NCBI GenBank assembly: GCA_023266875.1 | Contig: JAHFOJ010000002.1 | Span: 3,163-67,162, forward strand | DNA from: Candidatus Giovannonibacteria bacterium | GTDB lineage: Bacteria > Patescibacteriota > Minisyncoccia > JACPKW01 > UBA11713 | Length of the DNA stretch: 64,000 nt | Direction: 5' to 3' | In this document: piece after piece, positions 30,307 to 39,719 of the stretch | Layout of the letters: every line of letters starts with the position of its first letter | Numbering within the stretch: the stretch's first letter is position 1 | Notes under the pieces: generated by a model | Databases searched by the model: none | The model's input: only the letters and a program-made list of their open reading frames with translations | Told to the model about the DNA's origin: nothing | Translations under genes and position numbers: made by a program

Positions 30307-31392
30307 CTATAATCTAGCCCTAGAAATATTCAGTAAAATTCCTATTTCAGCAAGCGTGATCGCGAGAGCCGAACCGCCTTGAGAAACAAACGGCAAAGGT
30401 ATACCCGTGAGCGGCAAAAGTCCGGACAGAGCCGCTATATTCACCAATGCTTGTACAATAATAAGTATAACAATTCCCGACCCAAAAAGTCTACCGAAAG
30501 AATCAGAAGCCTCGAGTGAAACCACAACTCCACGCCAAGCAAATAAAATAAATAAACTAACCAATATCGCGCTGCCCACAAATCCGAATTCTTCAGCGGC
30601 TACCGCGAAAATCGAATCACCCACCGGCTCCGGGAGATACTGAAACTTTTGCCTCGACATGCCAAACCCGCGCCCAAAAATACCGCCTGAACCAATGGCT
30701 ATAAGCGCTTGGCGCAATTGATATCCGGAACCCTGAGGATCGTGCGTCCGATCCGTAAAAACTTTAAAGCGCTCGAGGCGATACGGCTCAAAACGAACTA
30801 AAGCCGAAAAGAGCACTGCCCCAGCGAGAATTATTAAACAAATATGTTTAAGCGAACCACCCGCCGCTAGAAATAAAAAAAGTCCGGAGATGGCCATAAC
30901 TCCAAACGTCCCCACGTCCGGCTCTGATATTATAAGCGTGCCAGCCAAAACGCTGACTAAAATGAATGGCAATAACCCTTCTCTAAAAGTTTTTATGGCG
31001 GCGTATTTGGCTGAAAAGACGGCGGAAAGATAGGCGATATATGCGAATTTAATGAATTCCGATGGCTGAAAATTGACAGGCCCGAAGCCGATCCAGCGCC
31101 TCGCTCCGCCAAAAGATATTCCGATACTCGGGATAAGCACTAAAACTCCTAATATCAACCCTGCGACATATAGAGGAATAGCAAATTTTCGCCAAAATCT
31201 ATAAGGAATCCTTGAAGTTATGGCCATTGAAACAAGCCCCAAAGCTCCTCCCATGGCCAGTTGGCGCAAAACGTAATAGTAAGGAGACAGATCCTTCTTA
31301 GTAGTGAGGCCAATAGACGCTGAAGACAGTATAAAAAACCCAGCGAGCACTAGAATTAAAACAATCCATTTCAAAAGCGCGTCGGATCTCAT
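30307..31392 (-). CDS. ftsW: SEDS peptidoglycan polymerase FtsW
   Basis: GARRWI, QPSEFIK, GYQ..Q, LPEPVGDSIFA, TGIPLPFVSQGGS. Confidence 0.93.
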   Translation of the reverse strand: MRSDALLKWIVLILVLAGFFILSSASIGLTTKKDLSPYYYVLRQLAMGGALGLVSMAITSRIPYRFWRKFAIPLYVAGLILGVLVLIPSIGISFGGARRWIGFGPVNFQPSEFIKFAYIAYLSAVFSAKYAAIKTFREGLLPFILVSVLAGTLIISEPDVGTFGVMAISGLFLFLAAGGSLKHICLIILAGAVLFSALVRFEPYRLERFKVFTDRTHDPQGSGYQLRQALIAIGSGGIFGRGFGMSRQKFQYLPEPVGDSIFAVAAEEFGFVGSAILVSLFILFAWRGVVVSLEASDSFGRLFGSGIVILIIVQALVNIAALSGLLPLTGIPLPFVSQGGSALAITLAEIGILLNISRARL

Positions 31393-32699
31393 TTAAGTTC
31401 GCGCACCCACCTTTTAAATTTGTTACCGCGGTCCTCATAATTTTTAAATTCATCAAAGCTTGTTGTACTTGGCTCTAATGCGACTGTGTCGCCTGGCTTT
31501 GCCAGTGTCGCTGCAGATTTCAATGCACCTTGAAGAGTTAACGCTACTTTAAAATTTTTCTTGCCCGATTTTTTAAAGTGGCGTGAAAGTTCTCGCCTCG
31601 CTTGCCCAAAGAATATTACGAATTTGACATCCGGATGAGCAAGCCGGCGCGCGAGTTGCCCGAGATTTAGATTTTTATTATGCCCGCCGGAAAGAACGAT
31701 CTTTTGGCCTCCAATAGAATTTATACCTTCGATTGCGGAGCCGACATTCGTCGCTTTCGAATCATTAAAATAATTAACACCATGTAATTCTCGCACAAAT
31801 TCATTTCGATGCGGCAAACCTTTAAAAGTTTTTAGCGCTTTTTGAATTGATTTTATTTTGACACCGAGGGCAATCGCCGCGAGAATCGCCGCCATGGCAT
31901 TTTTCAAATTATGATTTCCTACTAAGTGAAAATCGCTAAGCGGAAAAATCGCCCCCAATTTTTTATGGAAAATGTGATTTTCGCTCACATAGATATCCGC
32001 GTTCTTATTTTTTAGCGAGAATTTATATTTTTTTCCTTTTGAGTAGGAGGAGGCTCTTTGCGAACGGCGGTTGTCCAAATTATATATAACTGTATCCGAC
32101 CTTTCTTGGAACCGAGAAATGTTCGCTTTAGCGGAATAATATTCAGACAAGGTTTTATGCTTATCTAAATGCTCATCGTAAATATCAAGGATAACCGCGA
32201 TTTCCGGAGAAATTTCTAAGTCCTGAAGCTGGAAACTCGAAAGCTCAAGAATCGTAATATCTCTCTTGCTTAATTTACCCAAAAGCGGCAAAGGGTTTAT
32301 TCCAATGTTGCCAGCTAAATTAACACGCTTGCCTGATTCGCGAAGAATTTTGTAAATTAAAGAAACGGTGGTGGTCTTTCCTGCGCTCCCCGTTACGCCC
32401 ACGACCTTGCCAAGTTTTTTTGACATAAAAAGGCGAGTAAGACTAGAAACATTCCCACTTAGTTTATTTAATTGCGGAAGGTTTAACGGGATGCCCGGGC
32501 TTCTATAAACCACATCAAAGCTACCCAAATTATCGAGATAACGACTACCAAGTATGGCGTGCGTCCCTTTAGGCAATTTTATATTTTCATTCTTATCTCG
32601 AATTTCTATATTAACCTCATCTTTTTTCTTCAGATAAGAAAAGAGGGCTTGGCCCTCGAGCCCAAAACCCAGAATCGCGATCTTCTCCTTATTCTTCAT
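31389..32699 (-). CDS. murD: UDP-MurNAc-L-Ala--D-glutamate ligase
   Basis: SPGI, GVTGSAGKTT, ELSSFQL, NDSKATN, SFDEFKNYEDRG. Confidence 0.96.
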   Translation of the reverse strand: MKNKEKIAILGFGLEGQALFSYLKKKDEVNIEIRDKNENIKLPKGTHAILGSRYLDNLGSFDVVYRSPGIPLNLPQLNKLSGNVSSLTRLFMSKKLGKVVGVTGSAGKTTTVSLIYKILRESGKRVNLAGNIGINPLPLLGKLSKRDITILELSSFQLQDLEISPEIAVILDIYDEHLDKHKTLSEYYSAKANISRFQERSDTVIYNLDNRRSQRASSYSKGKKYKFSLKNKNADIYVSENHIFHKKLGAIFPLSDFHLVGNHNLKNAMAAILAAIALGVKIKSIQKALKTFKGLPHRNEFVRELHGVNYFNDSKATNVGSAIEGINSIGGQKIVLSGGHNKNLNLGQLARRLAHPDVKFVIFFGQARRELSRHFKKSGKKNFKVALTLQGALKSAATLAKPGDTVALEPSTTSFDEFKNYEDRGNKFKRWVRELK

Positions 32700-34273
32700 A
32701 ATTTCCTGATTACCCGGCCTGCAAGTTTCCCTGTAACTTCTCCGGATTTCGCCGCAAGTTCTCCATTCACATAAACCGCCTCAACTCCTTCATTTCTTAA
32801 ATAAGGGTCCTTATAATCGGATGGGGCGTGAAGAGACGCCGGATCCAGTATAACCAAATCAGCATAATAGCCCTTCTCTATTTTCCCTCTGTTTTTAATC
32901 CCCAACACATCTGCTGGAAATTCCGTCAATTTATAAATGACTTCTCCAAGAGCTAATTTTGATTTTCCGCTGGCGTAATTCTCAATCGCCTTAATCATCG
33001 CGCCGAGCGATCTTGGATGGGGCGAATCAAAATCCATGCCGGTTTTCGGCCAACTTCGCCCTTCCCCGTCGGTAGCGAACATCGAATAATCTTTAGACGC
33101 GAGCGCGCTTAAATGATCTGAAGAAATTACTTCATTGAAAATGGATACGCCAAGCCCGTTGATTTCGATCATTTTTATCAGGCATTCTTCAGGAGAAATG
33201 CCAGCCCTCGATGCAAGATCAGAAATTGTCTTTCCTAAAACAGTTTTATCTTCAAACGCCGAAGCTACAATTATCTTATCGTAATGAAGCGTGAGCGAGG
33301 AAAGATAATCAATGACCTCTCGGCGTTTTGCCCTGTCGTGAAGTGAAAATAATATTTTTTCCTTGCCGTCTTCTAAGATCCAAGGCGGCAAGAGCTGATA
33401 GAGAAGCGAGCCCGTCTTGGTGTAAGGGAAAAAATCTATGGTCAGACGCGCGCCCTCAGAGCGGGCGCTTTCAATTAGCGCGAGCGCATCATTAAACGAG
33501 TTCCATGACTGTCGTCCCAGCACCTTAAAATGCGAAAATTGCATTTTTCCTCCCGATTCGTGGAAGACGTCTATTAATTCCACGATCGCGGGCATAATAT
33601 TTCGTCCTTCATCTTTCAAGTGATGTTTTGTAATTCCCTCTTCCTTCGATACCACCTTAAAAAGTCGTAGAAGTTCTTCTTTCGCCGTTCCCCGCCCATG
33701 CGCCGCTCCAAGAGCGGTAGACATGCCAAAGGCGCCTTCGTCCATAGACTCGCGGAGCAATATTTCCATCTCTGAAATTTCTTCTCTGTTAGCCGGGCGG
33801 GACTCGTCGCCTACGATGCCCCTCCTTAGAGTGCCATGCCCAACCAAAGCCCCAAAATTTACACCCAATGACCGACGGCTAAGCTCGCTTAAAAGTTCAG
33901 AAACACGACGCCAATTGATATTGATATCTCGAATATTAACCCATTTCTGGATTCCTTCTATATCTTCCCCCTTAACCAGCGGCGCGAGCGACGAACCGCA
34001 ATTCCCGCCAATTATGGTGGTTACCCCTTGAAGAAGCATGCTCTCCTGCCCGGGCGCGTTAAATAAAGTCCAATGCGTATCGGAATGATTTGTGATATCT
34101 ATAAAACCTGGCGTGATGATTTTTCCGGTCGCGTCAATAATTGTTTTAGCATTCGCGCCTGTAAGATCGCCTGTATCCGCGATAGCATCGCCTTTGATAG
34201 CGACATCCATGCGTGAAAATTTTCTATCCTTATGGACATCAGCGTTTTTTATCAATACCGAATATTCCGCCAT
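32696..34273 (-). CDS. N-acyl-D-amino-acid deacylase-like amidohydrolase
   Basis: PGFID..H.D, QGVTTIIGGNCG.S, HPRS.G, GYYADLV. Confidence 0.85.
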   Translation of the reverse strand: MAEYSVLIKNADVHKDRKFSRMDVAIKGDAIADTGDLTGANAKTIIDATGKIITPGFIDITNHSDTHWTLFNAPGQESMLLQGVTTIIGGNCGSSLAPLVKGEDIEGIQKWVNIRDININWRRVSELLSELSRRSLGVNFGALVGHGTLRRGIVGDESRPANREEISEMEILLRESMDEGAFGMSTALGAAHGRGTAKEELLRLFKVVSKEEGITKHHLKDEGRNIMPAIVELIDVFHESGGKMQFSHFKVLGRQSWNSFNDALALIESARSEGARLTIDFFPYTKTGSLLYQLLPPWILEDGKEKILFSLHDRAKRREVIDYLSSLTLHYDKIIVASAFEDKTVLGKTISDLASRAGISPEECLIKMIEINGLGVSIFNEVISSDHLSALASKDYSMFATDGEGRSWPKTGMDFDSPHPRSLGAMIKAIENYASGKSKLALGEVIYKLTEFPADVLGIKNRGKIEKGYYADLVILDPASLHAPSDYKDPYLRNEGVEAVYVNGELAAKSGEVTGKLAGRVIRKL

Positions 34274-34324
34274 ATAATTATTATAGCAAATCAAATAGAA
34301 AATTCTTGCATATCCAATATCAAG

Positions 34325-35377
34325 TCAGCGCCCCAATAGAGCCGTAACCATGCCGACTATGGCAGAGACAGCGGCGAGAACCCATGTCCTCATTACCACT
34401 TTGTACGAGGGCCATCCCAAAGCCTCAAAATGATGGTGCAGAGGGGCAACCAAAAAAACTTTGCGTCCTAAAAAACGCTTGGAGAAAAGCTGGATTATCA
34501 CAGATGAAGAATCTAGAACAAGGGGCAGGGCGATAATCGGAAGAACTAAAACTGCATCGGTTAAAAATGCTATGACCGTAAGCGCGGCCGTGAGTCCAAT
34601 TATGCCCGTCTCCCCCATATAAAATCTGGCGGGAGGAATGTTAAACCACAAAAAAGCTGAAATGGCGCCCGCGATAACCGCCGAAAGAGTCGCAAGGTCT
34701 ATTTGGTTTTGGAAAAAAGCGATGCCGGCGTAAGCAGAAAAAATCATAGCCATCACTCCCCCAGCAAGCCCGTCAAGCCCGTCAATTACGCCGCCTGAAA
34801 AAGTAGCGAGCATCACGAGCACAAAAAATATCGGGAAAAACCAGCCGAGCGAAAAATCTCCCTGAAATGGAATATAAATATGGTTAATATCGAGCTTCAC
34901 GAAAAACCACCACGCACCCACGAGTGCGATTAAAATAACCAAAAATATGCGCGCCGTTAGCCGCATGCCTCCGCCGGCATAACTTCCCTTGCCGAATACC
35001 TGCTCTAAATCGTCCGCCAAACCGACAAGTGACGCCGCAACAAGAGTGAAAAGCGGAAGCCATGTCTGCGAACGAGAAAGAAAATTCAACTTAGAAAAAA
35101 GCGGGCTGCCGGCGAGCGACAATGCCCAGATCGCAAGTGAAATAACAAGCGTCACTCCCCAAACTAAAATCCCGCCCATTCGGGGAGTCTTTTTTTCTTC
35201 GTCGTTATGCAAACGCTGGGAAATTTGCGCGACCTTGCCATCAATTGTTTTCGGAACGCTATGCTTCTTCCAAAGCTTATATTTGTAAAGATAATGCGTT
35301 AAAATCGGCGTGGTCAAAATGCCAACAATAAACGCCAGCGCCGAGAGTCCAAAAACTTTTAAGACATTTAAGATCAT
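34325..35377 (-). CDS. mraY: Phospho-MurNAc-pentapeptide transferase
   Basis: TPRMGG, GLADD, DGLDGLA, YMGETG, APLHHHFE. Confidence 0.96.
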   Translation of the reverse strand: MILNVLKVFGLSALAFIVGILTTPILTHYLYKYKLWKKHSVPKTIDGKVAQISQRLHNDEEKKTPRMGGILVWGVTLVISLAIWALSLAGSPLFSKLNFLSRSQTWLPLFTLVAASLVGLADDLEQVFGKGSYAGGGMRLTARIFLVILIALVGAWWFFVKLDINHIYIPFQGDFSLGWFFPIFFVLVMLATFSGGVIDGLDGLAGGVMAMIFSAYAGIAFFQNQIDLATLSAVIAGAISAFLWFNIPPARFYMGETGIIGLTAALTVIAFLTDAVLVLPIIALPLVLDSSSVIIQLFSKRFLGRKVFLVAPLHHHFEALGWPSYKVVMRTWVLAAVSAIVGMVTALLGR

Positions 35378-36411
35378 AATCCTACATTACTTCCATTTTT
35401 TTCTGATGCAAAATAAATTAAGACGGCGTTAGCAATCTGTGCAGCATCAAAAAAACGCCCCTCTTCGCTTGAACCTAAGATTGAAACAACAATGGGATGT
35501 TCAAAACCGGCATCGAAAATAAAAACTAAGTTTCCTCCCGCAAGATCAGTATATCCTGTTTTTGACGCGAGGATACGCGGAACTAAGCTAAATGATTTGT
35601 TCGTGCTTACGCCAGATATGACTCTATTCTTATCTGAAACAATTTTTATACTCTCGGCTCCAGTCGCAAGCATCATGCTGTTATGATTTTGAAACAAGTA
35701 CTCCATAAGTCCCGCAACATCTTTCGCGCTGCCTTCTGCCCCATCCGCATCACCGCCGCCATCTTTAATATCGAGTCCATTTGGATTTGAAAACGACAGG
35801 CTTAAAAAATCTAATTCTCTTGCGCGTTGGTTCATAAGCATTACAAACCTTGCCGGCGTGCTCCCGTTGCCATCAAGGCTAGAACCAACAAATCCGGCAA
35901 GGGCATATGCCGCATCATTTGAAGAGGAGACAAGCATATAGTTTAATAAGTCTTCTTTCTTAAATTTATCCCCGGCCCGGAAGCCATCATCGCCTTCTTC
36001 GCGTATCGCTTCGATTGAAATCGGGACATAAAATCCAGCGGGGATGCGCTCCTCGGATACAAGCGCGGTCATCAGTTTGGTTATGCTCGCAAGCGGCCTT
36101 AAAACATCGCTGTCTTTTTCAAATAAAACTTTATTTTCTTTCAGATCAAAAACATACGCGCTCTTTGCTTCAATATCCAGATTCTTGAAAGGATCAACTG
36201 ACTCTGTGTTTTCACGTTTCGCCCCTTCGCTTCTAGGCACGCTTAAATTAATAGACGAGAATGCACCTGCCTCTTGATCTTTAAATATCTTATAATCTAC
36301 CGCCCTAGCACCAGTGACAATCCCCAATTCTGGCACCGACGTCCTAAAAACGAAAAATGAGAACAAAAAGAAAATCCCGAGAACAATTATTTTCTGTAAC
36401 TTTTCATCCAT
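35374..36411 (-). CDS. D-alanyl-D-alanine carboxypeptidase (S11)
   Basis: ASITKL (SxxK), SSN, KTG motifs; N-terminal TM. Confidence 0.93.
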   Translation of the reverse strand: MDEKLQKIIVLGIFFLFSFFVFRTSVPELGIVTGARAVDYKIFKDQEAGAFSSINLSVPRSEGAKRENTESVDPFKNLDIEAKSAYVFDLKENKVLFEKDSDVLRPLASITKLMTALVSEERIPAGFYVPISIEAIREEGDDGFRAGDKFKKEDLLNYMLVSSSNDAAYALAGFVGSSLDGNGSTPARFVMLMNQRARELDFLSLSFSNPNGLDIKDGGGDADGAEGSAKDVAGLMEYLFQNHNSMMLATGAESIKIVSDKNRVISGVSTNKSFSLVPRILASKTGYTDLAGGNLVFIFDAGFEHPIVVSILGSSEEGRFFDAAQIANAVLIYFASEKNGSNVGL

Positions 36412-36958
36412 TGTTTTTCTCTCCATTTTTTTCGCTTTTACGCAAATTTTCCATCTCGGTTCTGAATTCTTCAAAGTCCGGCAATTTTTTAATCTCCCCT
36501 ATTCCGACAAATTTAAGAAATTCAAAAGTCGGGCGATATAGCCACGCGCGCGCGTCTTTAGGGTCAGAAACTCGCTCTATAAGCCCGCGTATCATTAAAT
36601 TTCTCACAGTGAAACTCGAATTTACAGCTCTTATATAATCAATTTCGGAACGCGTAAGCGGGCCTTTGTAAACAATAATGGCGAGCGTCTCAAGCACCGC
36701 GCGCGATAAATCTTGCCCGATCTCATCTTTGGCGAAATCAGCTGTAAATTTTGCGAGTTCGGGTGCTGATGCCATCATAAATTCTCCGTCTTTTTTGACA
36801 ATGGCGAGCCCGCGGGATTGAAGCGACTCCTCTAGCTCTTTGATGCCGCGGTTTACCAAATCCTCTTTCACTTTTAGAAATAAGGCGAGACGCGAAAGAG
36901 ACATTGGCTCACCTTTTAGAAATAATATTGCTTCTATTTTTTTAGAAATGTCGCTCAT
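36404..36958 (-). CDS. scpB: SMC-ScpAB subunit ScpB
   Basis: IEAILF, LSRAVLETLAIIVYK.P.TRSEIDYIR.VN. Confidence 0.96.
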   Translation of the reverse strand: MSDISKKIEAILFLKGEPMSLSRLALFLKVKEDLVNRGIKELEESLQSRGLAIVKKDGEFMMASAPELAKFTADFAKDEIGQDLSRAVLETLAIIVYKGPLTRSEIDYIRAVNSSFTVRNLMIRGLIERVSDPKDARAWLYRPTFEFLKFVGIGEIKKLPDFEEFRTEMENLRKSEKNGEKNNG

Positions 36959-37656
36959 TAATTCGTTTTTTCGAGCTCAATATTTCCAAACCGTTCCTCT
37001 TGGCTGACCAATAGCGCCCCTTCTTTCACAAGCTCGAGAAGCGCTAAAAATCCAATGATCACTTCCGTTTTGTTTTTCGCGCCTACCACATCCTTAAACG
37101 AAGCCTTTAAGCGCTCAGACAATCGCCTAATCAATTCCACCATTTTTTCTTCAATTGAGATTACTTTCTCAAGCGTTTTGGATGGCAATTCTTTTAACTT
37201 TGGGAATCCAGCGACTAAATTTTTCAGAGACAAATTAAGCGACCCAATCGAAACTCCTATTGGCTCAATAAACCCAAAATCCATGCCTTTGAAAGCTTCT
37301 CTTGAAAACATTTGGTTTAGCCCCCAAGCTTCCTTAATATTAAGCCCAAGTTCGCGCAGGCGCTGAAGCAGCTTCAATCTTGTTTCTAAATCATAAATCC
37401 CTTCCGTTTCTTCCTTTGTCAATTCAAGCGTTGGTAAAAGCGATCGGGATTTTATAAGCATCAAAGTGGAAGCAACCACAAGAAAATCAGCGGCTTCAGC
37501 GCGCGGGAAATCAGTCAACTTTCTCATGTGCTTGATATACTCATCCGTAACGGCCGACAAAGAAACAACTGATATCGAAAGCTTTTGCACCTCAATTAAA
37601 TCGAGGAGCAAATCAAGCGGCCCTTCAAATCCGCTAAGTTTTACGTTGAATTTCAT
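36958..37656 (-). CDS. scpA: SMC-ScpAB subunit ScpA
   Basis: FEGPLDLLL.LI, IKSRSLLP, FLALLELVK. Confidence 0.96.
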   Translation of the reverse strand: MKFNVKLSGFEGPLDLLLDLIEVQKLSISVVSLSAVTDEYIKHMRKLTDFPRAEAADFLVVASTLMLIKSRSLLPTLELTKEETEGIYDLETRLKLLQRLRELGLNIKEAWGLNQMFSREAFKGMDFGFIEPIGVSIGSLNLSLKNLVAGFPKLKELPSKTLEKVISIEEKMVELIRRLSERLKASFKDVVGAKNKTEVIIGFLALLELVKEGALLVSQEERFGNIELEKTN

Positions 37657-39071
37657 TTTTTGTCTTTTTTAATTTCGAGCCCCAATTCTTTCAGCTGCGC
37701 TTCTGATACTTCCGAAGGCGCCCCCATCATCAGATCTCGCCCTTCGCCTGTCTTTGGAAACGCGATCACTTCGCGGATATTCGGCTCATTCATTAAAATC
37801 ATAATGAGCCGGTCTATGCCAGGCGCGATCCCGCCGTGCGGAGGCACGCCAAAGCGAAATGCCTCAAACATATGTCCAAACTGGCGCTTGATATCTTCTT
37901 TTTTGTTGCCAAGTGCTTCAAAAACTGCTTTCAGAAGTTCCGGATCATGAACGCGGATCGACCCGCCTCCAACTTCAAAACCGTTTAGGACAAAATCATA
38001 TTGATCAGCAAGCATCTCCCCGGGGCGTTCCTTAAATTCCTTCCAAAATTCATCTACATTTTCCACTTGCGGTTTCGTGAATGGATGATGTGTCGCATCC
38101 CATCTCTTCTCCATTTCTCTCCATTCAAACGCCGGAAAATCCTCGACGAAAAGAAACGCAAGCTCATCGGGATTATTTTTGTCATTTCGAATATCAGGCT
38201 TGTCAGAACCATATTTTTTCATTGCTTCCTTATAAGTAATCCGCGGAATTTTGCCATCGGGATCGAGCGTAAGTTTTTTTTCTGGATACAGAGACCTGGC
38301 GAGAGCCAGGAACAAACCTTCAGTCAAGCGAAGCACATCTTCCTTTGTTACAAAACTCATTTCCAAATCCAGCTGGGTGAATTCGGGCTGGCGATCGCCC
38401 CGCGTGTCTTCGTCCCTAAAGCAGCGCGCAATCTGAAAATATTTTTCAAAGCCCGCGACCATTAATAGCTGCTTATATTGTTGCGGGGATTGCGGCAAGG
38501 CGTAAAAAGAACCCTGTTCAAGACGCGACGGCACAAGATAGTCTCGCGCGCCTTCCGGAGTTGACTTTGATAGAATTGGAGTTTCTATTTCTATAAAATC
38601 GCGCTCGGTCAAAAAATCTCGAATGAATTTTATTATCCTTGCGCGCTCGCGGAGATTCTTTGAAAGCCGTGGTCTGCGTAAATCTAGATATCGGTATTTC
38701 ATCCGAACATCCTCACCAATGTCATAGCCGGCGCTGGAAAGATCGAATGGCGGAGTATTTGCCTCGGCCAATATTCTTATCTCCGCGACCTTCATCTCAA
38801 TTTTACCCGTCGGGCTTTCAGAATTTATCATATCTGCCGGCCGCTCCTTGATCTCACCTGTAACAGAAACCACCCATTCCGGACGCAATTTCTGCGCTAA
38901 AACGCGCAGTTCTTCCGGTTTCGGAGCAACCACTAACTGGATTTTCCCCAAACTGTCGCGCAGGTCAAAAAAAATAAGCTTGCCGTGATCTCGTCTGACA
39001 TCAATCCATCCGCAAAGCTCTACTTTTTCGCCCAAATGCTCCGCGCTATCTGTGGTATATATCCTTGACAT
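37653..39071 (-). CDS. aspS: Aspartyl-tRNA synthetase, compact, likely non-discriminating
   Basis: RRDHG, RYLDLRR, ALPQSPQ, CFRDED, HHPFT, PPHGGIAPGIDR. Confidence 0.97.
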   Translation of the reverse strand: MSRIYTTDSAEHLGEKVELCGWIDVRRDHGKLIFFDLRDSLGKIQLVVAPKPEELRVLAQKLRPEWVVSVTGEIKERPADMINSESPTGKIEMKVAEIRILAEANTPPFDLSSAGYDIGEDVRMKYRYLDLRRPRLSKNLRERARIIKFIRDFLTERDFIEIETPILSKSTPEGARDYLVPSRLEQGSFYALPQSPQQYKQLLMVAGFEKYFQIARCFRDEDTRGDRQPEFTQLDLEMSFVTKEDVLRLTEGLFLALARSLYPEKKLTLDPDGKIPRITYKEAMKKYGSDKPDIRNDKNNPDELAFLFVEDFPAFEWREMEKRWDATHHPFTKPQVENVDEFWKEFKERPGEMLADQYDFVLNGFEVGGGSIRVHDPELLKAVFEALGNKKEDIKRQFGHMFEAFRFGVPPHGGIAPGIDRLIMILMNEPNIREVIAFPKTGEGRDLMMGAPSEVSEAQLKELGLEIKKDKK

Positions 39072-39210
39072 AAAAAAATAATAGCATAATTAATTAATTT
39101 TTTACATATGCTAACTTTCTGACAATCATCTTCTTTAACTCATAATTGACTATCTTGCGTATTTCCTGCTAAACCTCAACTATCTTTAAATCATCTTAAT
39201 GCAAAATATT

Positions 39211-39690
39211 ATCTATTTACATATTCGTACGAATACATCACCAACATTAGCAACTAACAATTACACACAAGCAGTCATATTATAGAATAAACGGAAATAT
39301 TTTCGTCAATACTCTCGGCACACTATCGGCAATCCTATATTCAATAATATTCATCCTTCTTTGATTTTCTAGAACGCCCGCGTTCAGAAGTGTTTTTAAA
39401 TGGTGTGAGGTAGACCGAAACGATAAATCAATCTCATCAGCAATCTCGCCGACAGACAGCTCTTTTTTAGATTTTAATGTTCTAATAATTGCAAGCCGTT
39501 TGTCATTAGCAAGCGCCTTTAAAAGGTTTTCTAGGTTTTTCATAATTGCATTATAGTCCATGAAAGGTTACTTACAAATTCGTACGAATACTTCTTATAA
39601 AATACTTCTACATAAGTTCGGCATCAGATAATTCTAAATCTGTCTGTCGCGCTGCCTCTCAATCTATTTACATATTCGTACGAATTACCC
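39211..39690. repeat. Three copies of ATTCGTACGAAT-core repeat around the ArsR gene
   Basis: Identical 24-mers ATCTATTTACATATTCGTACGAAT at 39211-39234 and 39662-39685; variant TTACAAATTCGTACGAATAC at 39572-39591. Confidence 0.85.
39280..39561 (-). CDS. ArsR/SmtB-family transcriptional regulator
   Basis: LKALANDKRLAII, LSVGEIA, TSHHLKTL..AG. Confidence 0.92.
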   Translation of the reverse strand: MDYNAIMKNLENLLKALANDKRLAIIRTLKSKKELSVGEIADEIDLSFRSTSHHLKTLLNAGVLENQRRMNIIEYRIADSVPRVLTKIFPFIL

Positions 39691-39719
39691 GTTTAATTAG
39701 AAGCTGGCTTTATACTAAT

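Noticed and set aside
37717-37726. GGCGCCCCC match to the tRNA-Glu 3' end as an att site
   Set aside because: Short, and inside conserved aspS coding sequence; likely chance.
39211-39690. Mini CRISPR array from the ATTCGTACGAAT repeats
   Set aside because: Spacing is irregular (about 360 and 90 bp) and one interval holds a complete gene.
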